Of a DNA stretch of 64,000 nt, positions 16,291 through 29,565 are shown one piece after another; positions within the stretch are counted from its first letter, which is position 1; each line of letters starts with the position of its first letter. This DNA is from Fonticula alba ATCC 38817 (lineage: Eukaryota; Protista; Nucleariida). The notes under the pieces were generated by a model. That model did no database searches, was not told where the DNA came from, and saw only the letters and a list, made by a program, of their open reading frames with translations. The position numbers and the translations under genes were made by a program. The stretch lies in assembly GCA_000388065.2 (NCBI GenBank), contig KB932209.1; one strand, given 5' to 3'.

Positions 16291-16935
16291 ATGCGCGTGT
16301 GTATGTGTGTGCACTAGCCACGGCCCGACCTATGGGCGTTCGCTCCCTCCCTCTTTCCATCCCTTCCTGTCTCCCCTGAAGGGGGGTGGGGGTGGGGGGG
16401 GGGGCCGTGGCGAGCGAAACACGTGCGCGGGCGTCACCGCCTTCTTCCCCCCCTGACCGTGCGCGCGTGTGTGTTTGCTTCGTGACCATGAGTGAGTGTC
16501 TTGTTTGTGTTTGCTCGGCGTCGCCTGCCGCGCGCAGATGAGCGTCCTCGATGAGCAAAATACAGCCGCCCTCACGTACTCCGTGTGTTGCCATGTGTGT
16601 GTGTATGTGGAGATCTTGCAATGGTGTGTGCGCATCAAGGCTGGCCTTCCCTGGACAGAGCGGGGACGGACACAGGGGTGTATGTACCAAATAGGGTGTA
16701 TATTCTGGATGTGAGTGGGGAGGGGACAAAGGGCGCACCTCCGGACCAGGCCCCTCCTTTTCTTGGAGGGAGCGGGGGGGCTGCTCACGGTCGGAGGCGA
16801 GGGGGAGTGCATGATGTCGGCGCCGCACGGTGTATGGACATGGACTGAGGCGGGTGTGTCCGCGCACACCCAGTCCGCCGCGTACGCCGGGAGGGAGGGA
16901 AGGGGAGGGGGGGGGGGGGGAAGGGACAACTACTT

Positions 16936-19499
16936 TTACACGAAGTGCTCGAGGTTGAACTGGAAGGCCGACAGGGGATAGGAAATGCCAAAGTTGACAT
17001 TCACCTGGGGGTGGAGGACACCCAGTTGCCCGATCTTCTGGCCCTTGTACATGACCTTGGCACACTGACCCGGCAGGAAGGCAGGGTCTGTGGGCGTGGG
17101 GTTTGTTTGTTTTTCCCCATCATCATCAGTGCGAGCGGGGCCGGCGAGCGACGGAGACAGGCGTCGATGTCAGGGACGGAGGGAACGAAATGAGATTGAG
17201 CAAGGGGCGAAAAGAAGAAGAAGAAGAAGAAGAAAACCACCATGCCCCGGCCCCCCGCACAAACACGCACCATCATCCGCCAGGACATAGTAGCCGCTGG
17301 CCTCGTCGCCCTTCTTGGCGAACTTGACGTCCAGCATGGCCATGACCCGGTCCAGGATGCCATGGACCTCCTCGAAAGAGGCCTCCTGCGAGCAAACAGC
17401 ACCGGCCACCAGACGACGGTTGACGGCGCCCACCTCCATGGAGGCATCCTTCAGCACGACATCCGACACCTCGAACAGCTTGATCGGTAGGTTCTGGTGG
17501 CTGCTGCAGGCGATGGTCTTGAAAAGCCCCGGCAGCAGGGAGGTCCGAACCACCTCGAACTCCCGGGTGGCCGGGTTGTCCAGGATCACGGTGTCGGCCA
17601 GCAGCCGCTGGCGCTCCTCCTCGGACACCGGGCCCGGGCACAGGTGCGTGCTGTTCTCGGCCGCCGACACCAGGGAGAAGGTCAGGGCCTCGGTCAGACC
17701 GTTGAAGGCCAGCTCCCGGCGGACCAGGTCGCTGAGCTGGTTGAGCGGCTGCTCGGAGCCGGCCGTGGCAGTGGGCGGCGCCGCCGGCGGGGGGATGTTG
17801 TTGATGCCGAAGGACACGGCCACATCCTCCATGATGTCGCACTCGTGCAGGATGTCCGACCGGGTGGCCGGGGCCGAGACGGCCAGGTGCCCATCACCGA
17901 GGTGCTCCGCCTGGAGACCCATGCGCTGCAGGTGCATGCAGGCCTCGGCCGCGTCGATGTCGATGCCCACCCGGCTGTTGATGTAGGCGACCGTGGTGCG
18001 GAAGGGCCGCAGGGCGAAGTCCGGGTACGTGTGCACCAGAGACTCGGTGTCGCGGACAACCGGCGACCCGGGGACCGGGGACTCGTAGGTGACGGTCACC
18101 TGCTCGCAAGTGTACGGGGCATCGGCGCAATACTCGCTGAACATGCAGAGCATGGTGTTCAGCACGATGATGGCCTTGGTCAGGTCGGTGGCCGTGCACT
18201 CGACCAGGATGTCCCGAGTGTCGAGGGTGATCTTGGAACGCTCGCTGTTGATGACCGGCGGCAGGGAAATGACACAGGCGGTGTCCCGGACAACCGGGAA
18301 CCGGCGGGTGGCATCATCGGCGTTGGCGGCCGTGCGAATGAGCGGCACATACGGGGCCAGGTGGTGACCGGCCGGCTCGACGAAGCTCCGCAGCATGTCA
18401 TCCACATGCATGGGGCTGTCCAGGCTGGCGCCCAGGTGCGAGAAGCGGAACTTGTCCGACGGCTTGCCGTCCACATGGGCCAGCTCATAGTCATAGGTGA
18501 TGGCATACCCGCCGGAGGGGGCCTTGGCCATCTTGTCCAGGTCGTGGGTGCCGATGGCAACAAGCGAGCGCTTCCGGCAGATGTTCTGGTGCAGGCGGTC
18601 CTGCAGGTCGATGAAGGAGTCCAGGCTGGCCTGGGTGAAGGTGACGCCACGCAGGACGGCCGCCACGATGTACGGCCGGGGCCCGTTGGCCTGCGACAGG
18701 GGACCAGGTCATGGTGGTGATGAAGCAAGGGAGGAAGGGAGGAGGGAGAGATGTGAGCAAGCTGTGGGCAGTGCGCACTCATCCACATGGGGAAGAGGGA
18801 AACAAAGAGGGGGGGGGGGGGGGGGGGGGAGGGGGCAGTGCGCACAGCGTCCTTGGTGACGGTGACGGTCACCTGCGAGGCGGCGTCCTTGGCCGGGACG
18901 GCGGTGTAGTTGGGCAGGTCCTTGACCTTGCCCTGGAAGATGCGCAGCGCGCGGGCCAGGCCCTCGAAGCAGAGGAGATCGTAGCTGGCACGGGAGGGGG
19001 TCAGGGCCGACGGGAAATGGGGGGGGGGGGGGGGAAAGGCGGGGGAAAAGAAACACCGCGGAGCATACCGGTTGGCGCCGATCTCAATGCGATAGATGAT
19101 CTCGTCGGAGGAGGCATCGACATTGTCGGCCTCCGTGGCGCCATGCTCCTTGGCCTTCATGGCCTTCTCGGAGGTCTGCCGGCCAGGAAGGGAGGGGAGG
19201 AAAGGGCAGGGGGGGAGGGGGGGGGAGATGGAGTGTCAGCATACCAGGAGGAAGAGAATGCAGAGTCCCGGCAATACGGCGGGCAGGTGTGCCGGGCCGG
19301 GCCGGGCCAGCTCGGCGCGATCCCGGCCGTCGGCCCCCTCCTCCCCGTGGCACGAAGGGCGCACAATCTCGTCGAGCTCGATGCCGAAGTCGAAGCAAAG
19401 CTGGTCGAACTCCTTGTCCTTCTCGTCCTCGGTCAGACCCTTGGCATTGAAGCCGAGGGTCTCGAGGAGGGCCGCGCGGTTGATGGAGATCGTCGGCAT
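16936..19499 (-). CDS. FARSB: Phenylalanine--tRNA ligase beta subunit, 5 exons
   Basis: MPTISINR, EFDQLCFDFGIELDEI, YRIEIGANRYDLLCFEGL, FIDLQDRLHQNICRKRSLVAIGTHDLD, RSDILHECDIMEDVA and VRTSLLPGL. The last exon GQLGVLHPQV..FNLEHFV ends at the TAA at 16936. Confidence 0.95.
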
Positions 19500-19727
19500 G
19501 GTGGCGTGTGGGGGTGGGTGGGCGGGTGTGGGTGGGCGGGTGCGCGTGCGCGCTGGCGGCGTGAGCGGCGGCGAGGGGAGAAGGGGGAGGGCAGAGAGGG
19601 GAGTGGGATGGAGGGGTGTGCCGCGGGCACCGCCGGTGCCAGAAACACCCCGCCGGCCCTCCCCTTCTGGGCCGTGGCAGGAGGAGTGCCAGAGTGGCGG
19701 CCACCGCCAGCAGGAGGGGCTCTCTCT

Positions 19728-19772
<45 letters not shown>
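19728..19772. repeat. 45-nt poly-G homopolymer upstream of FARSB
   Basis: Read directly; homopolymer length in a draft assembly may be inexact. Confidence 0.85.
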
Positions 19773-21496
19773 CTGGAGGCCGGGCGAGGGCTGGCGGCGC
19801 GCGCGAAAAGATGGGACCACCAGCCATGACCGAGAGGGGCCCCTTGGAAAAGGCGGACCAGACGCTGCTGGTCGCTCCAGAGACTCCCCCCGCCCCCCTC
19901 CGCTCGCCCCTCAGATTCGGCCAGGCAAACTGGTCCCGCTCAAGAGCGCCGAGACTTGCACGCGCTCGGACTCGGGAGCAGGCACAGCCCTCAGCAGGAT
20001 TCCCGCCTGGCCACCGGCCAGATGCACACCCTCACCGGGGCCCCGGCCTGTGTGCCCGTTTGTCTAGCGCCACGTGTGGGTACGGCCTACTGTCCCCCCC
20101 CCCCGCATACATCATGGGGAGGCGCCCTGGGGGCGCAAGGGCCGGGAGGCGGGCTTGGCGGCCACAAACCGTCGCGCGGCGCCCGGCTCGGGGAGGCCCG
20201 GTGCGCCCGCGTCCGTCGGTGCATGGACCCGCCGGTTGTTGCCGTCCGCTTCCCCTGGCCAGAGGAGGCCGGCCAGCGATCTGGCCGCCTGTTCTGAGGT
20301 CACGAGAGCATGTAACAACATTAGAGGAAACAGCATAAAGCACCATTGTAGACCGGACCAGAATCCGCGCGTGGTTGTACCCACCAGCGGTTGGGGCGGG
20401 ACACGCAAGCCGTCCGAGTGAGGTATGGGACAGACTCCATAGAGACTCTCGACATGCGCACGCAGATCTGGACGGAGGGCGCTCTTCCAGGCCCGGCTCG
20501 GCGTTCTGCGTTCACCGTTAAGTTAATTGATGCGGCCGGCATGATTAAGCCAGTCGGGGGCAATCATTTGTTCGAGGACCCCAGCACGCGGGGGGGGGGG
20601 GGGGGCTTGAAGCCTCTGTATGGTTGTACGCCTTTTGATGGCTGGCAGTCCCTCGCATGAATGCATGCCGAGCCCGGGCTCTCGGTCGGTTGGGAGCCAG
20701 GGAGACCCCGGCTCCCCAGGAGTGGCGCGTGCCGGGGAAGTGAGCGGCTCCGGCCGGGCGGGCGTCTGGACCGCGCTTGGGTGGACTCTCTGCCCGCCCG
20801 CTCGGCCATTCATGCCCGGTGGCGGCAGCTGGAAAATTCATCATTCCCCCGATGAGCCAGCCACAGCCGCCCAGGCTTGACTGGGTACTCGCATTTTTTT
20901 TTTTGGCCAGCCTTTGGCTGGTCATGTGTGTCCCCCTGCCAGGTCCTGGCCTCACGGCCGTGAACAAGCCGGTGAATGCATCGGCCCGGCCCGCCCTCCC
21001 GTGAGTCATCCTCCAGCGTCGGGTGACAATGTGCGAACCCCCCACCTCGGATCCAAGTCGACCGAGGTCTGGTCCCACTGACCTCGGCCCCCGGGCGAGC
21101 CGGCATCCGTGTGTCCCTGCACTAAGGAAGGGGTGCCTCCGCCGGAGCTTCGGCGCCAGGGCGCACAGCAGCAGGCAGCGGGGCCGGGGGAATATCCATG
21201 CACTTGCTCTCGGGGTTCCCCCCTTCGCGGCCCTCTGCACCTGCACCAAGGGCCTGGCGGCCGTTGTGTGCCTCCGACCCGGCCTGTGGGGCCCTTCCAC
21301 GCAGACCCGGGCCCGGTCCCGGTCGATCAAATGCCGTGGCTGGCCTCCGGATCGGCCTACCCCCCCGGGCCTTCTTCGGGACCTGTCCCAGCGCGCCCCT
21401 TGGCCTCCTGCCATTGCCCCTCCAGATAGCTCTCCATCAAGCGCCCACCCCCTCGCCCACGCCTTCCCTCCCCTCGCCCGCCCTCCTCCCTCCTAT

Positions 21497-23093
21497 ATGC
21501 TCCATCCCTTGCGCCTTTTCCGCGCCTCCCCCCATCTTCGCCACTTCTCGACCATGGCCGCCCCTGCCCGCACCTTTGACGCCCTTGTGGTGGGCGCCGG
21601 CCCTGCCGGTGCTGCTGCCGTTGGCAACCTTCTCGAGTCCGGCGCCACCCAGGTTGCCTGGGTGGACCCGCTCTTCACCGGCGGCCGCATCCCCCTGGAG
21701 TACAATGAGGTTCCCAGGTGCGTGGCCCCCCCCCCCCCCCCTCCCCTCCCCTCCCCTCCGCTTCCCGTGGCTCCCCTGTCAGGTGCCAGGCCATCGGCTC
21801 TTCTCTGACCTCCCCCCTCTCCTCCCCCCCCTTCCTCTCCACACACGCACGCGCAGCAACACCAAGGTCACCTTCTTTGTGCAGTACGCCACCGGAGTGC
21901 AGCCCTTCCGCGATGTGATCGCTCAAGCGGCCAGCAAGGGCGAGAACGCCTTCTCCAAGCTCGAGGCCATGGATCAGAACACCGGGTGCGAGCTGTCGCA
22001 TGCCGGCGAGCTGGTCCGCTTCCTGACCGACGGCCTGCGCGAGCGCGACGATGTCAGCCCGATCTTTGGCTCGGTCGAGAAGCTGGCCTTCGACGCCGAG
22101 GTACGCCGAAGCATGCCTGGACCCGGATGCCGAGGCTCCACAGGGGCAAGGGCAGCCGACCCCGCATCCAACACCCGCCCCCGGCCTCCCCCAACCCCGC
22201 AGGGTATCCAAGAATCTGACCCTCCCCCGCCCCCCCCGTACACACACGCCTGTTAGACCAACACCTGGTCTGCCTCCGTGACGGGGAAGAATGGCCCGGC
22301 CTCCATCGCGGCCGAGCGTGTGGTCCTGGCGTCGGGATCGCATCCGCTGTCGCTGCCGGCCTTCAGCGCGGCGCACCCCGAGCTGCGGGAGATTCCCCTG
22401 GACATCTCCCTGTCTCCCTCCAAGCTGACCTCCTTCGTCGGGCCGGAGGACGTGGTGGCCGTCATTGGGTCCTCGCACTCGGCCGTGCTGGCCGTGCGCA
22501 ACCTCATGCACGCCAACGTCAAGGAGGTCCGGAACTATTTCCGGTCGCCGCTGCGCTACGCCCAGTTCATGGACGGGTGGATTCGCCGTGACAACACCGG
22601 TCTCAAGGGCGAGGCCGCCATCTGGGCCCAGCAGAACCTGGATGCCGCCAACTGGCGCAAGCATGCCAACCTGTCCCGTGTGTGCCTCACCCCTGGGGCC
22701 GATGTCGATGAGGACGGCATGATCCACAACAATGTGGTGGAGGACCGCTCGGCCACCACCCCGGACCTGGCCCACGAGCAGGCCATCTACGCGGAGACCC
22801 TGCGCGATGTGACCAAGATCGTCTTCGCGGTGGGCTTCGCTCGGAACTCCCTGCCGGAGCTGGTGGACGCCGCCTCCGGCCAGGCATTCACCGACCTGGA
22901 CTTCGACCACAAGACCGGCACCTTCCGCGCCGTGCCGCGCCTCTATGGCTGTGGCATTGCCTTCCCCCAGGAGGTCACCGATCCGGATGGCCGGACCGAG
23001 CACGCCGTGGGCTTCTTCAAGTTCATGCGCTTCCTGCGCGCCGTCACCCCGACCTGGGTGAACGACAAGCCGGTGGCCGAGGAGAAGAAGTAA
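21497..23093 (+). CDS. Uncharacterised pyridine nucleotide-disulfide oxidoreductase-like flavoprotein, 3 exons
   Basis: FAD-binding motif ALVVGAGPAG, WVDPLFTGG..EVPS|NTK, VVLASGS, second dinucleotide site VAVIGSSHSA, and LYGCGIAFP. A second in-frame ATG lies at 21554. Confidence 0.82.
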
Positions 23094-23991
23094 GCGCCTG
23101 CATGTGTCACGCGCGCACACGCGTCGCGCGTTGCTGCATGTGTGTACGCTCGCGCGCGTGTGTGTGTGTGTGCACATTTGCCGCTCGATGGCGCCGGCCC
23201 CTGTCCTTCTGTTGCCACTTTTCTCTGTCCTTCTCTCTTTCTCGCGCGCGCGCGCACCCTCCAGCATCCTATCTCCTTTTCATGTGCCCTCTGTGTCTGC
23301 TGCTCCCATTGCGATATGCATGTGCTCGCACACACGCACACACCACATATACACAGATACCCATCCATCCATCGATACACAGCTGGCGGTTGCCACGCGA
23401 GTAAACCGTCGTCCCTCTTACCTCTGCCTGGCGAGCAGACACATGGGTGCACCGCAGCACGGCCAAACCATCAGCCGGGTGTTTTCCCCTCTCCCCCCCC
23501 ACCCCCCCCCCCCACACACACACACACACACAATCCATTCGACAAGGCGGGCTGTCCAAGGGGTCCTCACCGCAGCCCATCCGCCGCCTGGAGATGGGTA
23601 TCATCCCAACCGGGCGCCTGAATGTGCATTCCTCGCCCCCCTCCCCCCCCCCTGGGAGTAGGGGGAACATGTGCGTGAATGTGGAAAAAAAAAAAAAAGC
23701 CGCGCAAGGGGAGGGGGAAAAGAAGGCCAGAGGCGCGGACACAGGCAAGTTCGTTTCGCTGTCTATCTATTTTGTGGGTTTCTGGTTTTCGGTTCTTGTC
23801 CGCCGGGAGGTCCCCGCCCCGCGGGGGGGGATCGGGGCGGGCCTGCCACCGGCGGACGATGTCTCGGTGGGCGGAGACACGCCCTTGCGCCCGGGCGCCT
23901 GGGCATTCTCTCTCACACACACACCGCGCGCGCGCGCGCACACGTCCTGTCTCACACCCGTGTGGTGTCCTTTCGGGCCCACTGGTCCCCT

Positions 23992-25482
23992 TCAGGCGAA
24001 GAGCACCCGGCAGGTGGGTGACCCGATGGCGGGCATGTCCTCCTGGGCGGCCACCGAGGTGGCGCTGTCGCTCTCGGCGGCAAGGGCAGCCGCCGGGGCA
24101 CTAGTCGGCCCGGCGGGGGCGACCATGCAAGTGGGACTGGGCGAGGCGGTGGGGTCGGCCGCCTTCTCCGGGCAATGGCGCTTCCGAGAGAAGACCACCA
24201 CGGTGGAGTCGTCGCGGCGGGAGTCGGCCCGGGCTGGGGTCCGGGGCCCGGGGCCCACGGCCACCGCGGTTTCGGCCAGCACGGCGGCCGGGTTCAGCTG
24301 CTCCACCGGCTTGCGCTTGGTGGAAGTGGCGGCCGAGGTGGGGCTGGTCAAGCCGGCGACCGCCGGGACCGGGCGCGACGGGGCCGCACGCTGGCGCTGC
24401 TCGATGTCGGCCAGCTGCTGGAGGTAGTGCGGCGGGGCCTCGGGCCCGGGGTGGCTGGGGCCGGCGGCCATCGGGGCCGGGGCCGGGGCCGGGGCCGGGG
24501 CCGGGGCGGCCGCCGGAGCTGGGGCTGTCTGGGCCCCGACACGGATCTGCAGGTGCCCGCTCTCGAGCAGCGCCCGGATGGCGTTGCTCTGGGCCTGGAC
24601 CGTGGCGAAGACCACGCGCAGGGACTCCGCACAATCGGGCAGGTCCTCCGGCTGCTGGAAGTGCTCGAGAGCCGCGATGACCCAGTCCCGGGCCGAGAAG
24701 AAGCCCTTGGAATCCAGGAAGAGCCGGTCGCTCCGAGGCAGGGCCGTGTGGTGGTGGGGGTGGGGGCCTGAGGGGTCCGGCATCTCGCCGGGACACTCGG
24801 TGTCCAGGTCCAGGACGATGAGATTGCCATGGTCGATCGGATGGCCCGGAGAAGCATGGCCGGGAGTTTGGCGCTGCGGCCCCGGGGCAATCAGCAGGGC
24901 CTTGCAGAGGGCCCGAGCGGGGCTGCTCAGGAGCCCGGCACGCCGGGCCACGGCCAGCCGACCGAGAGCCGCGGCACGAGTCACCCCCACGCCGAAGGGG
25001 CTGATGGACATGCCGATCTGCATGTTGGCGGTGTAGGGCGGGGGCGGGGTCCGGGGGGTGGGCTGGGCCGAGGCCACCGGGGTCCGGTAGGCCGGCTTGC
25101 CCGGGGCATTGACCATGCTGGCCGGGTACTGGCCCCCGGTCGGGGGCGCCTGGCTGGAGGGCATGGCAGGCCCGGGGGCATTTTGGAAGAGCACGCGGGC
25201 AACACCATCGGGGGAGGCCGGGCGCGAGACGGCGCCATGCGGCCCGGCGGCCAGGACCCGCTCCGAGTGCCGGGGCATGCTGGCATAGGTCAGGGCACGG
25301 GGGGCGGTCGGGGTGGTGGGAGCCTGCGAGGGGGGGACCTGCTCGGAGGGGGTGAATGCCGGATCGCCCATCGGCATGAGGCACACATCGGCGCCCATCG
25401 GACGGGCCTGGCCGGAGGGGCTCTCAGGGTAGACGTCAGCCGAGGCAGAGTGTGGCCGAGCGGGAGTGGTGGTCGGGAACAT
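23992..25482 (-). CDS. Hypothetical Pro/Ala-rich protein with a central ~90-aa non-repetitive core
   Basis: Long ORF of about 496 aa with GC3-rich codons, ATG in ccagccATG context, and a KRK motif near the C-terminus. No family recognised. The gap at 25630-25968 could hide upstream exons. Confidence 0.6.
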   Translation of the reverse strand: MFPTTTPARPHSASADVYPESPSGQARPMGADVCLMPMGDPAFTPSEQVPPSQAPTTPTAPRALTYASMPRHSERVLAAGPHGAVSRPASPDGVARVLFQNAPGPAMPSSQAPPTGGQYPASMVNAPGKPAYRTPVASAQPTPRTPPPPYTANMQIGMSISPFGVGVTRAAALGRLAVARRAGLLSSPARALCKALLIAPGPQRQTPGHASPGHPIDHGNLIVLDLDTECPGEMPDPSGPHPHHHTALPRSDRLFLDSKGFFSARDWVIAALEHFQQPEDLPDCAESLRVVFATVQAQSNAIRALLESGHLQIRVGAQTAPAPAAAPAPAPAPAPAPMAAGPSHPGPEAPPHYLQQLADIEQRQRAAPSRPVPAVAGLTSPTSAATSTKRKPVEQLNPAAVLAETAVAVGPGPRTPARADSRRDDSTVVVFSRKRHCPEKAADPTASPSPTCMVAPAGPTSAPAAALAAESDSATSVAAQEDMPAIGSPTCRVLFA

Positions 25483-26037
25483 GGCTGGTGTTGGAGCGGC
25501 AGGAGGCGAGGAGGTGCACAACACGCGGAGAAACTCGGCTCAGGCAAGCGGGGAGAGACCCATGGAGAATGGGCATGGAGTGGGAGGAGCTGGTGATTGA
25601 GGATAAGTGGGCCACCGTGGGACCGGCGANNNNNNNNNNNNNNNNNNNNNNNNNNNNNNNNNNNNNNNNNNNNNNNNNNNNNNNNNNNNNNNNNNNNNNN
25701 NNNNNNNNNNNNNNNNNNNNNNNNNNNNNNNNNNNNNNNNNNNNNNNNNNNNNNNNNNNNNNNNNNNNNNNNNNNNNNNNNNNNNNNNNNNNNNNNNNNN
25801 NNNNNNNNNNNNNNNNNNNNNNNNNNNNNNNNNNNNNNNNNNNNNNNNNNNNNNNNNNNNNNNNNNNNNNNNNNNNNNNNNNNNNNNNNNNNNNNNNNNN
25901 NNNNNNNNNNNNNNNNNNNNNNNNNNNNNNNNNNNNNNNNNNNNNNNNNNNNNNNNNNNNNNNNNNNNTCCGCCCAAGCCGCCTCCGCTGCCCGTCCCCT
26001 TCACCAGCACGCCAGACGCCCTGGTGGTACCTTGCCC

Positions 26038-26069
<32 letters not shown>

Positions 26070-27943
26070 GCCCCCCCCGACCCCCCCCCCCCCCCCCCCC
26101 CCCCCCCCGCTCCCCTATCTGGACATGAGACATGAGCAACACTCACATCCCGGGGATGGGTATTCACACTGGCGGCAACGCCTGAGGTTGAAAGAAATGA
26201 TGGTGGAGACTGGGGGGGGGGGGGCACAAACGACGCGCTCGAAGGAGGCAGGGGGGAAATGAAAGTCCAGGCCGGGCCGCGGGCGACGAAGGGGCGGGGG
26301 AGGGGGGTCGCATCGCTCCTTGCAACCAACATAGCAGCTGGGCTCCGTCTCCTCCGCTCCCGCTCCCTCCCTTCCCTCCTTTGCTTAGCCTCGGGCTCGG
26401 AGTGCGGCCGCCCAGCTCCTCTGCTCCTAGCCATCCCCGGGGGGGGGGGGGGAGCGAGAGAGCAAGGGGGGACGAGGATGCGTGAGGGGGCGAGAGGCGG
26501 GGGGGGGTCCAATGAAAGGTCCGTTCAACGTCTCCCCGCCGGCCGTCCGCCCCGGGGGGACGCGCCCTTGACACCCCCGGCAGAGGGGGGCGCGCCGGGG
26601 CCCAAGACCGCCGCGCGTCTTTGTTGTGAGAGAGAGAGACCCAGAATCGGCGGGATGGACGTTGTCCAAAAACGCTCGGGGGTGCTGGCACACCGAGGCC
26701 GCCCAGTGCCTGGAGACGCGTCTCGCCTTCCCGGCGGCGCCCCAGGGACGCGGGGCGAATTAAAAGATCCAACCCGCGGGGCGGCGGCCGAGCGGCCGGG
26801 GCCCACCTATTCGCCCGTCTCTCAAGCCCGAGACGTGGAAAGCATGTCCGCCATGAATCATGGCGTCGATCTCCCGTTGGCATATGGGTTCGTTGGCATG
26901 TGGCGTCGGCGCCCCCCACAATCGCCGCTCCGGCGCGCATTTGCGCCTCGGTGTGTCGGGCGGCGGCCGCGGCCGCGGCGGCGGCCGCGAAGGCAGGTGG
27001 ATGGCGCTGTTTGTGTCCGGAAGGCTTAACACTTCAGTATGCTGCTTCTGCGCCCGGGGGGGGGTGGGGAGACGCAAAAGTCGCCGCTGCGCAGGCCGGC
27101 CCGGGTCGCCCTTCCCGGTTGGGCAGGTAGCACCCCCTGGGGCCTGGAAGGCTGGCAGAGCATAGCAAGGGCCTCTGTTGCCTCAGTCCGGTGGCAATAA
27201 TCCTGGACGAGAAATGAAAATCCGAATAAATATTGGGTCTTTTCCCGTGCCCCCCGCGCTCCGGGCTCGATTCTCGGGCCCTGCCCCAGGCCCTGCCCCG
27301 GGGCCCCCTGGATGTGTGGTTGGTCCCCGTGTAAGTGCTTGTTGGGTGTCTCTCTCTCTCTCTCTCTCCCTCTAGGCTCTCGGAGTGCTGCGGTGTCCTT
27401 CTTGTGTGATGGGTGGGATGTGCCCGGCTGTGTCCTTTTTTGAGCCATCCTCCGGACCATCCGGAGCCCTGCCGGGGACCACCACTCCGGGGGGATGTTC
27501 GCCGCCGGAACTCCGCACGCATGGCTGGGGGATCCGCCGATGGGGCTTAACGCCGTTTCCTGGCGTGTCAACCTGGGGAAGGAGCGAGCCCCGACCGACG
27601 TCCCGGTGCTCCTGGTGAACAGGGGGGGGGGGGGCCTCCCCCATTTTGCCCATTGTTCCCCTCGGCCGCTACATCTCGCAAGCCGGGGAGTGTGGGCCGG
27701 CTGGGCTGGGACAGGCTGGGGGGCTCACCTCCCAACCAAGTTCACAATGGGCCCTCTTCTGACCCCCCCCCCCCCCCCTGCATCCCCCAAGCAATGTTGT
27801 GCCTCTCATGCCTGTGCGTCCGTGGCCGCCTTCCCGGGCGACGCATGTCAAAGGGGCCAACTTGAAGTCAGGGCGGAGGGAACTCAATCTAAGGAGGCCT
27901 ATTTGCCCAATCAAACCATCACTCTCATGGCATTGCGTATATG

Positions 27944-27981
<38 letters not shown>

Positions 27982-28309
27982 GGGGACATGTTCACAGGCA
28001 TACTCACACTCACACACAAGGTCTGCAGATAGACGCAGATGAGGGGGTCCTCTATTTGCCGGAAGCTGCCTCATCGACGCGCGGCAGCCGAGTTGGGGAA
28101 GAAAAAAAAATGAAAGAGAGATAGACGCCGAGTCTGCTGGCAGCATCCCCAAGTGCCGCCCCACGGACACCCTGGCCTCTGGCTCACATTCCACGGAGGG
28201 AGTAAAGCGAGGTCGGGCGGGCCCGGCTGGGCCCGGCCCAGGCCGAGCCCAGCCAGGTGGCATACCCTCAGCAACAAGGATACCAGACGTCATGTCTCGT
28301 CGATCTCCC

Positions 28310-29533
28310 TCACTGTGTCTTGGACGAAGGGAGGAAGCGGTTGATCCAGGGGCCAATAAGGGAGGCTTCGACACCGGGAGAGAGGGGGGCGGGGGGTGGG
28401 GGGGGGGAGGGGAGGGGGGAAGAGCGGGCGTAGCTCGTATGAGAGGCGAGGGCATGGGAGGCAGGCAGGCGGTATCAAAGGCACGAGGAGATAGGTACCG
28501 ATCTCGTAGGGGTGCTCCATCTGCATGAAATGCGAGTAGCGCCTGTCGTCGATCAGGCAAAGGTTGACATCGGGCTCGGGCTCCGACCGAGAAGACCGCA
28601 GCATGTCGACCAGGAGCTCGGCATATGCCCGTGGGCTGAAGCGCCGGGAAGGCAGGGGGTAGTGTGGCAAATACGCATATACGTGTCAGTGCGACAGGAA
28701 AAGAAAAGAAAAAACCCCACACCAGGAGGGGCGAAAAGAGGGAAAAGGGGAGGAGGGACGGGGCCGAGAGCGGGGCGAGCAATGGCCAGCCGGACGAACT
28801 AGATGTTGGACCCGGTGGAGAAGAGCATCATCATGGGCCGGGTGAGACCCTTGACATGGGGGAAGAGTTCGATGCCGGAGTGCACGCCATGATAGGTGGA
28901 CGATTCGCTGGTCTTGCCGCACTTGAGGGTAACGCCCATCCCGGCGTCGGGGCCGGAGATCGCCGAAGAGGTGGGCCCCTCGGCGATCGGGCACGTGCCA
29001 TGGGTGGCAAAGAGCCGAGTGGTGTCCGCGTCGAACTCCCGGAAGAGTGCCTTTCCTTGGAAGTACTCCATGGTGGCGTCACTTTGCACAGGGAGCAGGG
29101 GAAGCGGACCGGAGGAGGGGGGAAGCGTTGTCAGCCGAAAGCATGGGTAGTGCAAGGGGAAACCACATAGGGGGCCGGAGGGGGCGCCAGGGAAAGGGAG
29201 GGCGGGTGGGGTGGGGTGGGGGGGGGGGGGGGGGGGGCGGCATGAGCGACGCACGGGGATTCGAAGTCGGTCCGACGCCGGATGGCCACCTCCTCGAGAC
29301 CGCCGTAGGACAAACCGCGGACTATGCGGCCGAGGTCGCCGTTGACGAGGGCCTGCGACGTCGGGGCCAGCTTGGCCACCTGGGCGTCGTCGAGGCCGAG
29401 CCGCGGGGCCGCCAGATCTGGCACCAGGATCGGCTCGATGCACACGAGCCCATCAACGAGGTCCGGCCGGAGATAGTCGATGACCATGCTGCGTGGAATT
29501 GTCAGGTGGGGAAGAAGGCGCGCGCATACACCC

Positions 29534-29565
<32 letters not shown>

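Noticed and set aside
20290-20560. Lower-GC island in the FARSB/flavoprotein spacer as a possible snRNA or other ncRNA
   Set aside because: No U1/U2/U5/U6, Sm-site or tRNA motifs recognised; an Rfam scan would be needed.
26100-28200. ORFs of 60-258 aa in the spacer upstream of the Pro-rich orphan
   Set aside because: No domain signal or coherent exon chain; treated as intergenic/UTR.
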